NCBI GenBank assembly: GCA_963749495.1
Contig: CAVVMW010000030.1
Location: forward strand, 179,782 to 243,781
From: an uncultured bacterium
Lineage (GTDB): Bacteria; Verrucomicrobiota; Verrucomicrobiia; Limisphaerales; UBA8199
Direction: 5' to 3'
Length of the DNA stretch: 64,000 nt
A model generated the notes under the pieces. It saw only the letters and a list, made by a program, of their open reading frames with translations, was not told where the DNA came from and did not search any database. The translations under genes and the position numbers were made by a program. Positions 1 to 8,741 of this stretch are shown in pieces. How positions within the stretch are numbered: the stretch's first letter is position 1; every line of letters begins with the position of its first letter.

Positions 1-45
1 GTTGATTGCCAATAGTCCATTCGGAACAACGGCAGGGGCCAGGCG

Positions 46-570
46 TTAACTCGTCGGGTCGGGCGATGAGGTGCGACCTTTAGCCTCTGTGCGCTCTCTT
101 CCCGCCTCGAGCACTTCCAGGCAATGGGGGATGGCGGGGGCGACGAAGCCGAGGCACTCGACAGCGCCGCTGGGCTTGCCCGGCAGGCAGATGACCAGGA
201 CGCCCTGGAGGGCGACCGCCAGGCTGCGCGAGAGGATGGCATTGGGGGTGAGCTTGAGCGACTCGTTGCGCATGACCTCGCCGAAGCCCGGCAGGTCGCG
301 GCCACCCAGTTCACGCACCGCCTCGGGCGTGATGTCGCGCGGCCCAACGCCGGTGCCGCCGGTCGTGAGGATGAGCCGGCACCCCCCCGCAGCCGCCTGC
401 CGAATCGCGCGTTGGATCTCCAGCCGTTCGTCCGGCACCACCGCTTGGGCGGACACCCCCCAGCCATGGCCTTCCACCGCCCGCTTTAGGGCCGGCCCGG
501 ACAGGTCCTGGTAAACCCCGCGCGCCGCCCGGTCGGAAATGGTGATGATAGCTGTGGCGATGTGGGGCAT
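46..570 (-). CDS. mog: Molybdopterin adenylyltransferase (MogA/MoaB family)
   Basis: Motifs ITISDR, DLSGP, TTGGTGVGPRDITPEA and LPGKP; adjacent to moaC. Confidence 0.9.
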   Translation of the reverse strand: MPHIATAIITISDRAARGVYQDLSGPALKRAVEGHGWGVSAQAVVPDERLEIQRAIRQAAAGGCRLILTTGGTGVGPRDITPEAVRELGGRDLPGFGEVMRNESLKLTPNAILSRSLAVALQGVLVICLPGKPSGAVECLGFVAPAIPHCLEVLEAGRERTEAKGRTSSPDPTS

Positions 571-572
571 AG

Positions 573-760
573 GAGGCTATTCACAATAACATGGACACTA
601 TCGCGCCGGGATTTTGACCGCTGGCGAGGCGCGAGCGAGGAGCATACCCGAAGCGGTCTGTAACGAGCGAGCAACGACCCGTCCGCCGTAGCTTTAGCGA
701 AGGCGGAAGCCAGAGGTCAAAAGACCAAGCGAGAGTGTTCATGGTATTGTGAATGGCCTC
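573..760. repeat. Intergenic inverted-repeat (MITE/REP-like) element
   Basis: GAGGCTATTCACAATAACATGGACACTATCGC at the left end is an imperfect reverse complement of GCGAGAGTGTTCATGGTATTGTGAATGGCCTC at the right end. Confidence 0.65.
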
Positions 761-766
761 AAAAGC

Positions 767-1219
767 TCACTGCTTGGTCTTGGAGAGCAGTTTGATCCCG
801 CCGATCTGCATGGTCTTGTCGATGGCCTTGCACATGTCGTAAATCGTGAGAGCGGCGATGCTGGCGGCGGTGAGGGCCTCCATCTCGACGCCGGTTTGGG
901 CGGCGACACGGGCGGAGGCGAGGATGACGATGCGGTCGCGGGTCTTGGGGATTTGGAAATTGACTTCGCAATGGGTCAACGGCAGGGGGTGGCAGAGAGG
1001 GATGAGTTCACCGGTCTTCTTGGCGGCCATGATCCCGGCCAACCGGGCTGCGGCCAGGACATTGCCTTTGGCGATCGTCTGGGACTCGACCAGGTCCAAT
1101 GTGGCCTTTTGGAGGCGGACCTCGCCCCGCGCCACCGCCGTCCGCAACATCACCGGCTTGGCCGAGACATCCACCATGCTCGCCTCGCCGCCCGCATCAA
1201 TATGAGTCAGCCGTTTCAT
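767..1219 (-). CDS. moaC: Cyclic pyranopterin monophosphate synthase MoaC
   Basis: Motifs LTHID..GEASMVDVSAK, LIPLCHPL, TGVEMEALT and LTIYDMCKA. Confidence 0.97.
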   Translation of the reverse strand: MKRLTHIDAGGEASMVDVSAKPVMLRTAVARGEVRLQKATLDLVESQTIAKGNVLAAARLAGIMAAKKTGELIPLCHPLPLTHCEVNFQIPKTRDRIVILASARVAAQTGVEMEALTAASIAALTIYDMCKAIDKTMQIGGIKLLSKTKQ

Positions 1220-1268
1220 ATCACACTCGATACGCTCCAGCCCTTTACGCAGGGTTCAGGGTTCGGGG

Positions 1269-1330
1269 TTCACGTTTCACGTTTCACGTTTCACGTTTCA
1301 CGTTTCACGTTTCACGTTCCACGTTCCATT
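1269..1330. repeat. Heptamer microsatellite (TTCACGT)n
   Basis: About 8 tandem copies between the panB stop and moaC. Confidence 0.9.
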
Positions 1331-2101
1331 TCAGCCCTTCGCAACCGTTTCCATCCATTGCTTGAAGACCGCGCGCATCTGCTCAGCGGCGTTGAGCTTG
1401 GGTTTGACGTGCTTGAGATTGTACCAGGGGAGCATGCCGAGCAAATCCGGGGTCACGAGGATCTGCCCGTCGCAATCCGGCCCGGCGCCGAGGCCGAGGG
1501 TCGGGATGGGGACGCGCCGGGTCACCTCTTTGGCCGTGCGCGGCGCCACCAACTCGAGGACCACCGCAAAGGCCCCTGCCCGGACCAGCGCCTCCGCATC
1601 GGCCAGCAGGTCCTGGTGTTCGGGCTCGGTCTTGCCCTTGACGCGATAGCCGCCCTCCTCGACCACGTGCTGGGGGAGCATGCCCAGGTGGCCCAAAAAG
1701 GGGATGCCGCCGGCCACAATCGCATGGACCTGCCCGGCTATCCCGCGCCCGCCCTCGGCCTTGACCGCCTCCGCCCCCGCCGCCACCAGGCGCCTGGCGT
1801 TGGCCACTGCCTCCTCCACCGTCTCGTAGCTGCGATAGGGCAGGTCGGCCGCCAGCAACGCGCGGGGTTTGGCCCGCGCCGCTGCCCGCACATGGTGCTC
1901 CATCTCCGCCATCGTGACGTGCGTCGTGTCCGCGTAGCCCAGCACCACCATCCCCAGAGAATCCCCAACCAGGATCAGCGGAATCCCTGCCTCGTCCAGC
2001 AGCCGCGTCATCGGAAAATCGTAAGCCGTCAGCGCGGCTATCTTCTCTCCGCGCGACTTCATGGCCCTAATGTCCTGGGGAGTGATTTTGGTCCCTGTCA
2101 T
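1331..2101 (-). CDS. panB: 3-methyl-2-oxobutanoate hydroxymethyltransferase
   Basis: Motifs LTAYDF, ILVGDSLGMVVLG and GAGPDCDGQILV; start placed at MTGTKI because the longer upstream frame runs through a REP. Confidence 0.96.
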   Translation of the reverse strand: MTGTKITPQDIRAMKSRGEKIAALTAYDFPMTRLLDEAGIPLILVGDSLGMVVLGYADTTHVTMAEMEHHVRAAARAKPRALLAADLPYRSYETVEEAVANARRLVAAGAEAVKAEGGRGIAGQVHAIVAGGIPFLGHLGMLPQHVVEEGGYRVKGKTEPEHQDLLADAEALVRAGAFAVVLELVAPRTAKEVTRRVPIPTLGLGAGPDCDGQILVTPDLLGMLPWYNLKHVKPKLNAAEQMRAVFKQWMETVAKG

Positions 2102-2182
2102 GGCAACAACATTGCGAGGGGGGTCGAGCTGGACAAGTAAAAAGTGGGCCCTGGTAGTCGGTAGGCGGCCCGTTGACGAAGT

Positions 2183-2319
2183 CGTAGCGCAGGTTTCCAA
2201 ACCTGCCGTATCGCCGATTTCCAATCGGCAGGGCGTCCGCATGTCCAGCGCCCCCGGTTTGCGGACGGCCTGCGGGTTTGGAAACCCGCGATACAGCAGG
2301 TTTGGAAACCTGCGCTACG
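2183..2319. repeat. REP-like palindromic element
   Basis: Inverted arms CGTAGCGCAGGTTTCCAAACCTGC ... GCAGGTTTGGAAACCTGCGCTACG with internal hairpins. Confidence 0.8.
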
Positions 2320-2526
2320 CTGGCGCCCCCGGCGCACAGGCGCGCCGAGCGACTTTGTCAATGGCCCAGATGATCCCGCCCAATCGGCCCTGGAATAACC
2401 TTGCTGCGTCGGGAGCGAGCCGCTAGCCTGCCGAGAGTCATGCGCTTAACAGGTGCTGTACCGGAATTGGCATGGGGTGTGCAAGATTGGGTGACCGACC
2501 GCGTGAAGATTTTTGAAAGAATCTGG

Positions 2527-2591
2527 TTGACAACAATGGCGCGCTCATGTAAATACAATGTAAAGACATTGCATGGGCGATACATATACAA
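2527..2591 (+). promoter_or_regulatory. Putative promoter/operator of the TA operon
   Basis: TTGACA at 2527; AT-rich near-palindrome TGTAAATACA and the related TACATATACA upstream of the toxin gene. Confidence 0.35.
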
Positions 2592-2601
2592 TTGAACGAA
2601 T

Positions 2602-2889
2602 ATGGAGTTCGATTGGCTTAACCCGCCCTTCAATCTCGAAGGTTCTTTGACGCAGCACGAAATCGAGGAATCGTTTGAAGACCCGTTTGCCATTCGATTG
2701 TTGCCTGATTCTCCCCGGTTCGCGGTCCAGGCCCGGTTCTTCAACCTGGGGATGTCCACCAATGGGGTGGGCATCTTCAGCGTCTATCGGACCAATGGCA
2801 AACAGATCCGGGTCATTCACGCCCGGGCGTTTGATGCCGAGGAGCGGTTCTTCTATCAGAAGAAGCTGGACCAGATGCTGGCCCGCTAG
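2602..2889 (+). CDS. BrnT-like toxin (RelE-fold ribonuclease)
   Basis: 95 aa, pattern MEFDW...IEESFEDP...IRVIHAR...ERFFY as in BrnT; followed by an antitoxin-like gene. Confidence 0.75.
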   Translation: MEFDWLNPPFNLEGSLTQHEIEESFEDPFAIRLLPDSPRFAVQARFFNLGMSTNGVGIFSVYRTNGKQIRVIHARAFDAEERFFYQKKLDQMLAR

Positions 2890-2951
2890 AGCGGAGGGCG
2901 GAGGGCGGAGGGCGGAATGACGAATGACGAATGACGAATGACGAATGACGA
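2889..2951. repeat. Heptamer microsatellites (GCGGAGG)n and (GAATGAC)n
   Basis: Tandem heptamers between the toxin and antitoxin genes. Confidence 0.85.
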
Positions 2952-3030
2952 AAGCGGAGGGCAGAGGGGGCTGCACGTACGATTTGCTTGATTGTTGCCG
3001 GTCGTTTAACGCGTTCAATGGTTCCAGCCA

Positions 3031-3306
3031 GTGCACTCGATAGCCAGATGGGAAGAGGTGCCGATCTTCGACAGCGAAGAGGCGGAGGCGGATTTTTGGG
3101 CGGAGAACAAGCCCGATTTGCGCCTGATGGAGACGGCGGTGGCCGGCAGTGCGGAGACGTTCGAGTCAGTGACCATCACGTTGCGGATGGACCCGCGGAT
3201 GCTGGGCCGGATCAAGCGGTTGGCCCGTTCGAGGTATCTGAACTACCAGAGCATGATAAAACAATGGCTGAGCGAACGGATGGAAGATGAATTGCGGGAG
3301 CGGTGA
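3031..3306 (+). CDS. BrnA/CopG-like antitoxin
   Basis: VPIFDSEEAEADFW N-terminus and C-terminal RHH segment ITLRMDPRML..IKRLA....NYQSMIKQWL. Confidence 0.75.
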   Translation: MHSIARWEEVPIFDSEEAEADFWAENKPDLRLMETAVAGSAETFESVTITLRMDPRMLGRIKRLARSRYLNYQSMIKQWLSERMEDELRER

Positions 3307-3315
3307 GGGGCGGGG

Positions 3316-3505
3316 GAATGACGAATGACGAAAGCGCCATGCGGGAACGCGGAACCTGGAATGAAGATGTCGAGACTTGGATTTATGAACTTGGACAACA
3401 TGAGAGAGTCAGGCTGGGACTGCGCTAAGCTTTTGGGTCCGCCAGGGCAGGAGGACGCCCCCGGCCAATTCCGAATTCGTCATTCGTCATTCGTCATTCG
3501 TCATT
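3316..3505. repeat. Pilin-leader module, copy 1: (GAATGAC)n - conserved core - (ATTCGTC)n
   Basis: Core GCGGAACCTGGAATGAAG..ATGAACTTGGACAACAT..GTCAGGCT..GGGTCCGCC is shared with the copies at 5278-5612 and 6467-6735. Confidence 0.8.
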
Positions 3506-4245
3506 TCGCGCCCCGCGCGTTTACGCTCATCGAGATGCTCACCGTGATTGCAGTGATCAGCGTGCTGGCGGCGATGATCTTCCCGGTCACCAAGGCCATC
3601 AACCGCACCAAGATCCGGAGCCGGTTGCGAACGGAGATGGAGCAGTTGACCACCGCGATCGACCTCTATAAAGCCAAACTCGGGCATTATCCGCCGGACA
3701 ATCACTTCCAGAACAGCGTTTTCTTCAATCCCTACCTCAACCAGCTCTACTACGAATTGGCAGGGACAATCCTGACCAATAACCCTCCAAATTCTGCCAA
3801 CGCCGTTTATGCCACGATGGACGGTCGAAGCCAGCTTCACCAGGCGGCGATGACGAGACCGCCTCTGAACCTCGGTGTCTCCGGGTTTGCGAATTCTTCG
3901 ACTCCCGCCAGCGCGGAGGAAGGCTCGACGGCGGTGGATTGCCTGAAGGGGACGTTGCGAGCAGACCAGCTCGCCGACGCGTTCCCCGGCGCCGACGCGG
4001 GCAATGGCTTCAAAGTCATCGTCGGCTCGATTCCGCTGCCGCCCCGCCTGGCGCCCCCCAATCCTGCCTACCCGGGCGCCTATCTTGGCCCTGCTGGCGG
4101 GTATTATTGCGCCTGGCGGTACAATTCCTCCAACCCAACCTATAACCCGAGCGCCTACGACCTCTGGATTAACGTCGTCATCGATGGGAGGACCAATCGC
4201 ATTTGCAACTGGAGCCGCGACCCGGTGGTCGTCAACGCCCCATAG
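3385..4245 (+). CDS. Prepilin-type N-methylation domain protein (GspG/PulG-like)
   Basis: A|FTLIEMLTVIAVISVLAAMIFP; TAIDLYKAKLGHYP; YDLW; start at MNLDN chosen by homology with sister genes. Confidence 0.85.
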   Translation: MNLDNMRESGWDCAKLLGPPGQEDAPGQFRIRHSSFVIRHFAPRAFTLIEMLTVIAVISVLAAMIFPVTKAINRTKIRSRLRTEMEQLTTAIDLYKAKLGHYPPDNHFQNSVFFNPYLNQLYYELAGTILTNNPPNSANAVYATMDGRSQLHQAAMTRPPLNLGVSGFANSSTPASAEEGSTAVDCLKGTLRADQLADAFPGADAGNGFKVIVGSIPLPPRLAPPNPAYPGAYLGPAGGYYCAWRYNSSNPTYNPSAYDLWINVVIDGRTNRICNWSRDPVVVNAP

Positions 4246-4378
4246 CACAACCGCCATAGGCGTCCTTATGAAGCCATATAACCCAAACCTGATCCCGATC
4301 GCCTGGCGGAACTGCACCTGGTGCCCAATGGTCCGAGTCCTGCCGTGCCCCGAACACTCCCGTCCGTCCTCCCAACCT

Positions 4379-5269
4379 ATGAAAAACAGCCTCTTTTGCT
4401 CTTCCTGCCCGATTTCCACCGGGCGACAACTGACGAACGGCGGGTCGCGGAGCGCGCCGCGCACCCCGCGCGCCCAGGGCCGGTCCCGCCGCGGGTTCAC
4501 GCTGATCGAACTCCTGGTGGTCATTGCCATTATCGGCATCCTGGCGGCGTTTCTCATGCCCGCCCTGGCGAGGGCCAAGGTCTCGGCGCAAAAGCAGAAG
4601 GCCAGGATCGAGATGGCCGAGATTGTGCAGGCGGTCAACAGCTACGAATCGGCCTACAGCCGCCTGCCGGTCTCGACCAAAGTCCTCCAGGACAAGGGAG
4701 CCGCTACGGAGGACTTCACTTACGGCACCTTTGGCTTGCCGGCGAACCCCAAGAACCAGATTTTCGATATGGCCACCGGCGCCGCCGCCGCCGCCAGCAT
4801 TACCTCGCTCGGCTATAGCTACCAGACGAACAATTCCGAGGTCATCGCCATTCTCATGGACAAGGAGATGTTCCCCAACGGCACGCCGACCGTCAACGCG
4901 GGCCATGTGAAGAACCCGCAGAAGACCTCGTTCCTGAACGCGGCGATGGGCAGCGACCAGGTCACACCGGGCGTCGGCTCGGACCTGGTCTATCGCGACC
5001 CGTGGGGGTGCCCATACATCATGTCGTTCGACATAAACAATGACGACAAGACTCGAGATGCCGTCTATCGCAGGGCCCTCGTTTCGTCGCAGAACCAAAG
5101 CCCAACGGTTGGTTGGTGGGGGTTGGCCAATTCCCAGGGCAAAGGCGATTTCTTCGAGCTCAGCGGCCATGTGATGGTCTGGTCCGCCGGCCCGGACAGG
5201 AAGATCCACAGCGGGCTGCCCGCAAACGTGGGCGTCAATAAAGACAATATCCTGAGCTGGAGGCCGTAG
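4379..5269 (+). CDS. Prepilin-type protein (GspG-like)
   Basis: G|FTLIELLVVIAIIGILAAFLMP; DPWG.PY; VWSAGPD. Confidence 0.88.
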   Translation: MKNSLFCSSCPISTGRQLTNGGSRSAPRTPRAQGRSRRGFTLIELLVVIAIIGILAAFLMPALARAKVSAQKQKARIEMAEIVQAVNSYESAYSRLPVSTKVLQDKGAATEDFTYGTFGLPANPKNQIFDMATGAAAAASITSLGYSYQTNNSEVIAILMDKEMFPNGTPTVNAGHVKNPQKTSFLNAAMGSDQVTPGVGSDLVYRDPWGCPYIMSFDINNDDKTRDAVYRRALVSSQNQSPTVGWWGLANSQGKGDFFELSGHVMVWSAGPDRKIHSGLPANVGVNKDNILSWRP

Positions 5270-5277
5270 CAACGACA

Positions 5278-5612
5278 AATGACGAATGACGAATGACGAA
5301 TGACGAATGACGAATGACGAATGACGAATGACGAATGACGATGCGGTAATGCGGAACCTGAAATGAAGAATTTGAGACTCTGATCTATGAACTTGGACAA
5401 CATGAAACAGTCAGGCTCGGGCTGCGGCATGCGCTTGGGTCCGCCCTCACGGGAGCACGCGCCGGACGCCCTCCCCATTCGTCATTCGTCATTCGTCATT
5501 CGTCATTTGCCATTCCGCATTCGTCATTCGTCATTCGTCATTCGTCATTTGCCATCCCGCATTCGTCATTCGTCATTCGTCATTCGTCATTTGCCCCTCC
5601 GCATTCGTCATT
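5278..5612. repeat. Pilin-leader module, copy 2
   Basis: About 9 copies of GAATGAC, the conserved core, then several (ATTCGTC)n blocks running into the pilin cleavage site. Confidence 0.8.
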
Positions 5613-6463
5613 TCGCGCTTCGCGCGTTCACTCTCATCGAGATGCTGACGGTGATCGCGATCATCGGCATCCTGGCGGCGATCATTGGCCCCAGCCTCGG
5701 GCATTTCAAGCCCGACATCACCGCAGCGGCCACGCAGCAATTGCTGGGGGACATCGGCCGGGCCCGCCAACTGGCGATCAGCCAGCACACGACCGTCTAT
5801 ATGGTCTTCGTGCCGCCGGGCTTTATGCAGGACACGGCCTGCAGCAGCCTGTGGAACTCTCAGGTGACCCGCCCGGAGTGGGCCAAGTGCCTGCCGCTGC
5901 TGGACAAGCAGTTGACCGGCTACAATTTCGTCTCGCTCCGCAGCGTGGGCGATCAGCCCGGCCAGCACAACGCCCGCTACTGGTCTTCGTGGAAGACCCT
6001 GCCCGAGGGCGTCTTCATCTGCACCAATAAATTCAAATTCGACCCCACCAGCCCCACCAACCAGTTCTTCTTCGCCATCTACACGAACACACCGGGCGCG
6101 GTGAACAGCATCGCCCAATACATGACCGTCGCTGCGTTCAACCGCACGATAGCCATCCCCTTTCCCAGCGAGCTGACGCCGGCGCTGGGGCAGCGCTGGG
6201 CAAGGCTGCCCTACATCGCCTTCAATTACCTGGGCCAGCTCGTGGATGACTCGGGAAACCTGCGGTCTCTTGACGAGGCCATTCCCCTGGCCAAGGGCAG
6301 CGTGGTGTATCCGCACGATGCGGCCACGCGGACGAACAACCCGGCCGGTCTGCCCAGCGCCATCGAGGCGCCCGCCGGCAACAGCACGACCAACAGCTTC
6401 AACCTGGTCTGCATCGATAGGCTCACCGGGCGCACGTATGTCAGACGCCAAGACGTGAAGTGA
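5387..6463 (+). CDS. Prepilin-type protein (GspH/FimT-like)
   Basis: A|FTLIEMLTVIAIIGILAA; LLGDIGRARQLAISQHTTVYMVF; IAFNYLGQ; IDRLTGR. Confidence 0.85.
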   Translation: MNLDNMKQSGSGCGMRLGPPSREHAPDALPIRHSSFVIRHLPFRIRHSSFVIRHLPSRIRHSSFVIRHLPLRIRHFALRAFTLIEMLTVIAIIGILAAIIGPSLGHFKPDITAAATQQLLGDIGRARQLAISQHTTVYMVFVPPGFMQDTACSSLWNSQVTRPEWAKCLPLLDKQLTGYNFVSLRSVGDQPGQHNARYWSSWKTLPEGVFICTNKFKFDPTSPTNQFFFAIYTNTPGAVNSIAQYMTVAAFNRTIAIPFPSELTPALGQRWARLPYIAFNYLGQLVDDSGNLRSLDEAIPLAKGSVVYPHDAATRTNNPAGLPSAIEAPAGNSTTNSFNLVCIDRLTGRTYVRRQDVK

Positions 6464-6466
6464 GGG

Positions 6467-6735
6467 GAATGACGAATGACGAATGACGAATGACGAATGA
6501 CGAATGACGAATGAGGAAAGCGGAATGCGGTGATGCGGAACCTGGAATGAAGAATTTGAAACTCTGATCTATGAACTTGGACAACATCAGGCAGTCAGGC
6601 TCGGACTGCGGCATGCGCTTGGGTCCGCCCTCCTGGGCGCGCGCTCCCGGCAACTTCCGCATTCGTCATTCGTCATTCGTCATTCGTCATTTGCCACCCC
6701 GCATTCGTCATTCGTCATTCGTCATTCGTCATTCG
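6467..6735. repeat. Pilin-leader module, copy 3
   Basis: Same architecture as copies 1 and 2. Confidence 0.8.
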
Positions 6736-7675
6736 CCCCCGCGTGCCTGCCGGGCATTTACCATGATCGAGATCGCCCTGAGCCTGGGGATCATTGCGTT
6801 TGCGCTGGTGGCCATCATTGGCATCCTGCCCTACAGCATGGGGGTGCAGCGGGAGAACCGCGAGGGGACCATCATCAACCAGGAGGCCAGCATTCTGGAG
6901 AACGCCATCCGCAACGGAGCGCAGGGCATGGACGACCTCACCAACTATGTTGTGGCGATCACCAATACGCAAACGGTGTTTCCCGCCATCGGCAAACCCA
7001 CCACCACGGTCTTTGGTTACACCCAGACCAGTTCCACCTCCGGCCCGTCGCCGCAATCGCAGCAGCCGATGAGCCCGCCGTTCCTCCTCAACAATGGCTT
7101 CCGCATCGTTGGCCTGCTGAGCACGCCCAAATACTGGCCCATCTTCGTGCAGACCAAGCAAGGCCAGCAATTCCTTGGCTCTTACAGCAACCATATCGTG
7201 GCAACCGTCCGGTCCATGAGCGGCTCCGCGGGCGACAAGGCGCCCCAGCTCAATGCGTCAGTCCTGGACATGGCCTTTGCCTACCGGGTGATCTGCGAGG
7301 TGATCCCCTACGGCGCGCACTTCTGGGCGCCCGACAGTCCCTACGAGAGCAGCGCCTGGGACCTCTCCTGGACCAACTACCTGGATCCCTACCTGCGCGG
7401 CGACCATGGCACGCAGGTACGGGGCGATCGCCGCCCTATTCATGAACTTCAGGACGGCCACCAACCTGCAAGCCGACCTCAATGATGTGCGTCTGCTGTT
7501 CCGCTGGCCGGCCTTGCCCAACGGCAAACTCGGCAACGGGCGGCTGCTGGTCCGCAGTGCCACCTCGGGACCGCTCCAGCCGTTCGTCGAACCGGGTTTC
7601 GCCGCTGTCCCATCGCAGCCCCAGCCTTACACCCTCTATTTCGTCCAACCCAATACCTTTGTGAGGGCGCAGTGA
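6571..7675 (+). CDS. PilV/GspI-like prepilin, split by one frameshift near 7400
   Basis: A|FTMIEIALSLGIIAFALVAIIGILP; continues in ORF 7406-7675 (VRLLFRWP), whose TGA overlaps the next GTG start. Confidence 0.75.
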
Positions 7676-8733
7676 AAACGATCATTCGTCATTCGTCATT
7701 CGTCATTCGTCATTCCGCGCAGCGGGCCTTCTCTCTGGTCGAGATCCTGGTCACGGTGGCGCTGCTGTCGTTCATCGTGCTGGGTTTGGTGGCGATGTTC
7801 GGGCAGACGCAGCGGGCGTTTCGGCAGAGCTTGACGGACGTGGACACGCTGGAGAACGGGCGGGCGGTGATGGACATGCTGGCCCGCGGCGTGGCGGAGG
7901 CCACGCCCGCCAATGTATTCAACGCGGTGAACTTCTACGTCGAGTACCCGGTGCCCGCCGAAGGGATCTACACGCCGCTCCTGGTGCAGGGCCTGCCCGG
8001 CGCGATTCCTCCCACGGCGCCCCAGACCCGCACGAGCTACCTCCAGCCGTTCTTCTTCCTGAGCCACCCCGACCAGCGGTGGCCCGACCGGACGTGGGTC
8101 GGGACGGGGTATTATGTGGTGCCGGATGTGACCGGCGCGAACGGCGTGGGCGTGGGCACCCTTTACCGCTACACGGCCACCAACCTGGCCCCGTCGGTGA
8201 CCGCTCCCCCGCTTGGCAACGTCCTGCCGCCGGGTGTTCTGCTCAATTCCTTCGTGACCGCGCTCATGACCCGGCGGACCGATACTTCGCCCGCGTTTCA
8301 GGCCGCGCCGATTTCGACGGTGACGCGCGTGGCGGACGGTATCGTGAGTTTGCGCGTTCGGTTGTTCGCCACTAACGGTTTCCCCATTGTGAGCGACCTC
8401 GATCCCCAACTCTACGGTTACACCGCGTTCGGGGTCCCCACCAACACCGGGGCTGCCCTGCTGAGGTATGCGCGGCCCATCCTGGAAGCGAGTAATCACC
8501 TGAACCTGGCTTTCCCGGAACGCTATGATCGGTGCTGGTTCCTCAGCAATGCCATGCCCGCCAGCGTGGAACTGGAGTTGGGCATTCTCGAGCCCCAGAC
8601 CTATCAGCGCTACAGGGCCATCGCCTCGGCCAACCCGGCCGCCGCCGGCCTGTTCCTGTCCAACCACGTTGCCCAGGTCCACCTCTTCCGCCAGCGCGTT
8701 CCCATCCCCAACGTTGATCCCTCCGCTTACTGA
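7672..8733 (+). CDS. PilW/GspJ-like prepilin
   Basis: A|FSLVEILVTVALLSFIVLGLVAMFGQTQ; VGTLYRY; RVADGIV; MPASVELELGIL. Confidence 0.82.
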   Translation: MKTIIRHSSFVIRHSAQRAFSLVEILVTVALLSFIVLGLVAMFGQTQRAFRQSLTDVDTLENGRAVMDMLARGVAEATPANVFNAVNFYVEYPVPAEGIYTPLLVQGLPGAIPPTAPQTRTSYLQPFFFLSHPDQRWPDRTWVGTGYYVVPDVTGANGVGVGTLYRYTATNLAPSVTAPPLGNVLPPGVLLNSFVTALMTRRTDTSPAFQAAPISTVTRVADGIVSLRVRLFATNGFPIVSDLDPQLYGYTAFGVPTNTGAALLRYARPILEASNHLNLAFPERYDRCWFLSNAMPASVELELGILEPQTYQRYRAIASANPAAAGLFLSNHVAQVHLFRQRVPIPNVDPSAY

Positions 8734-8741
8734 TTGATCCG

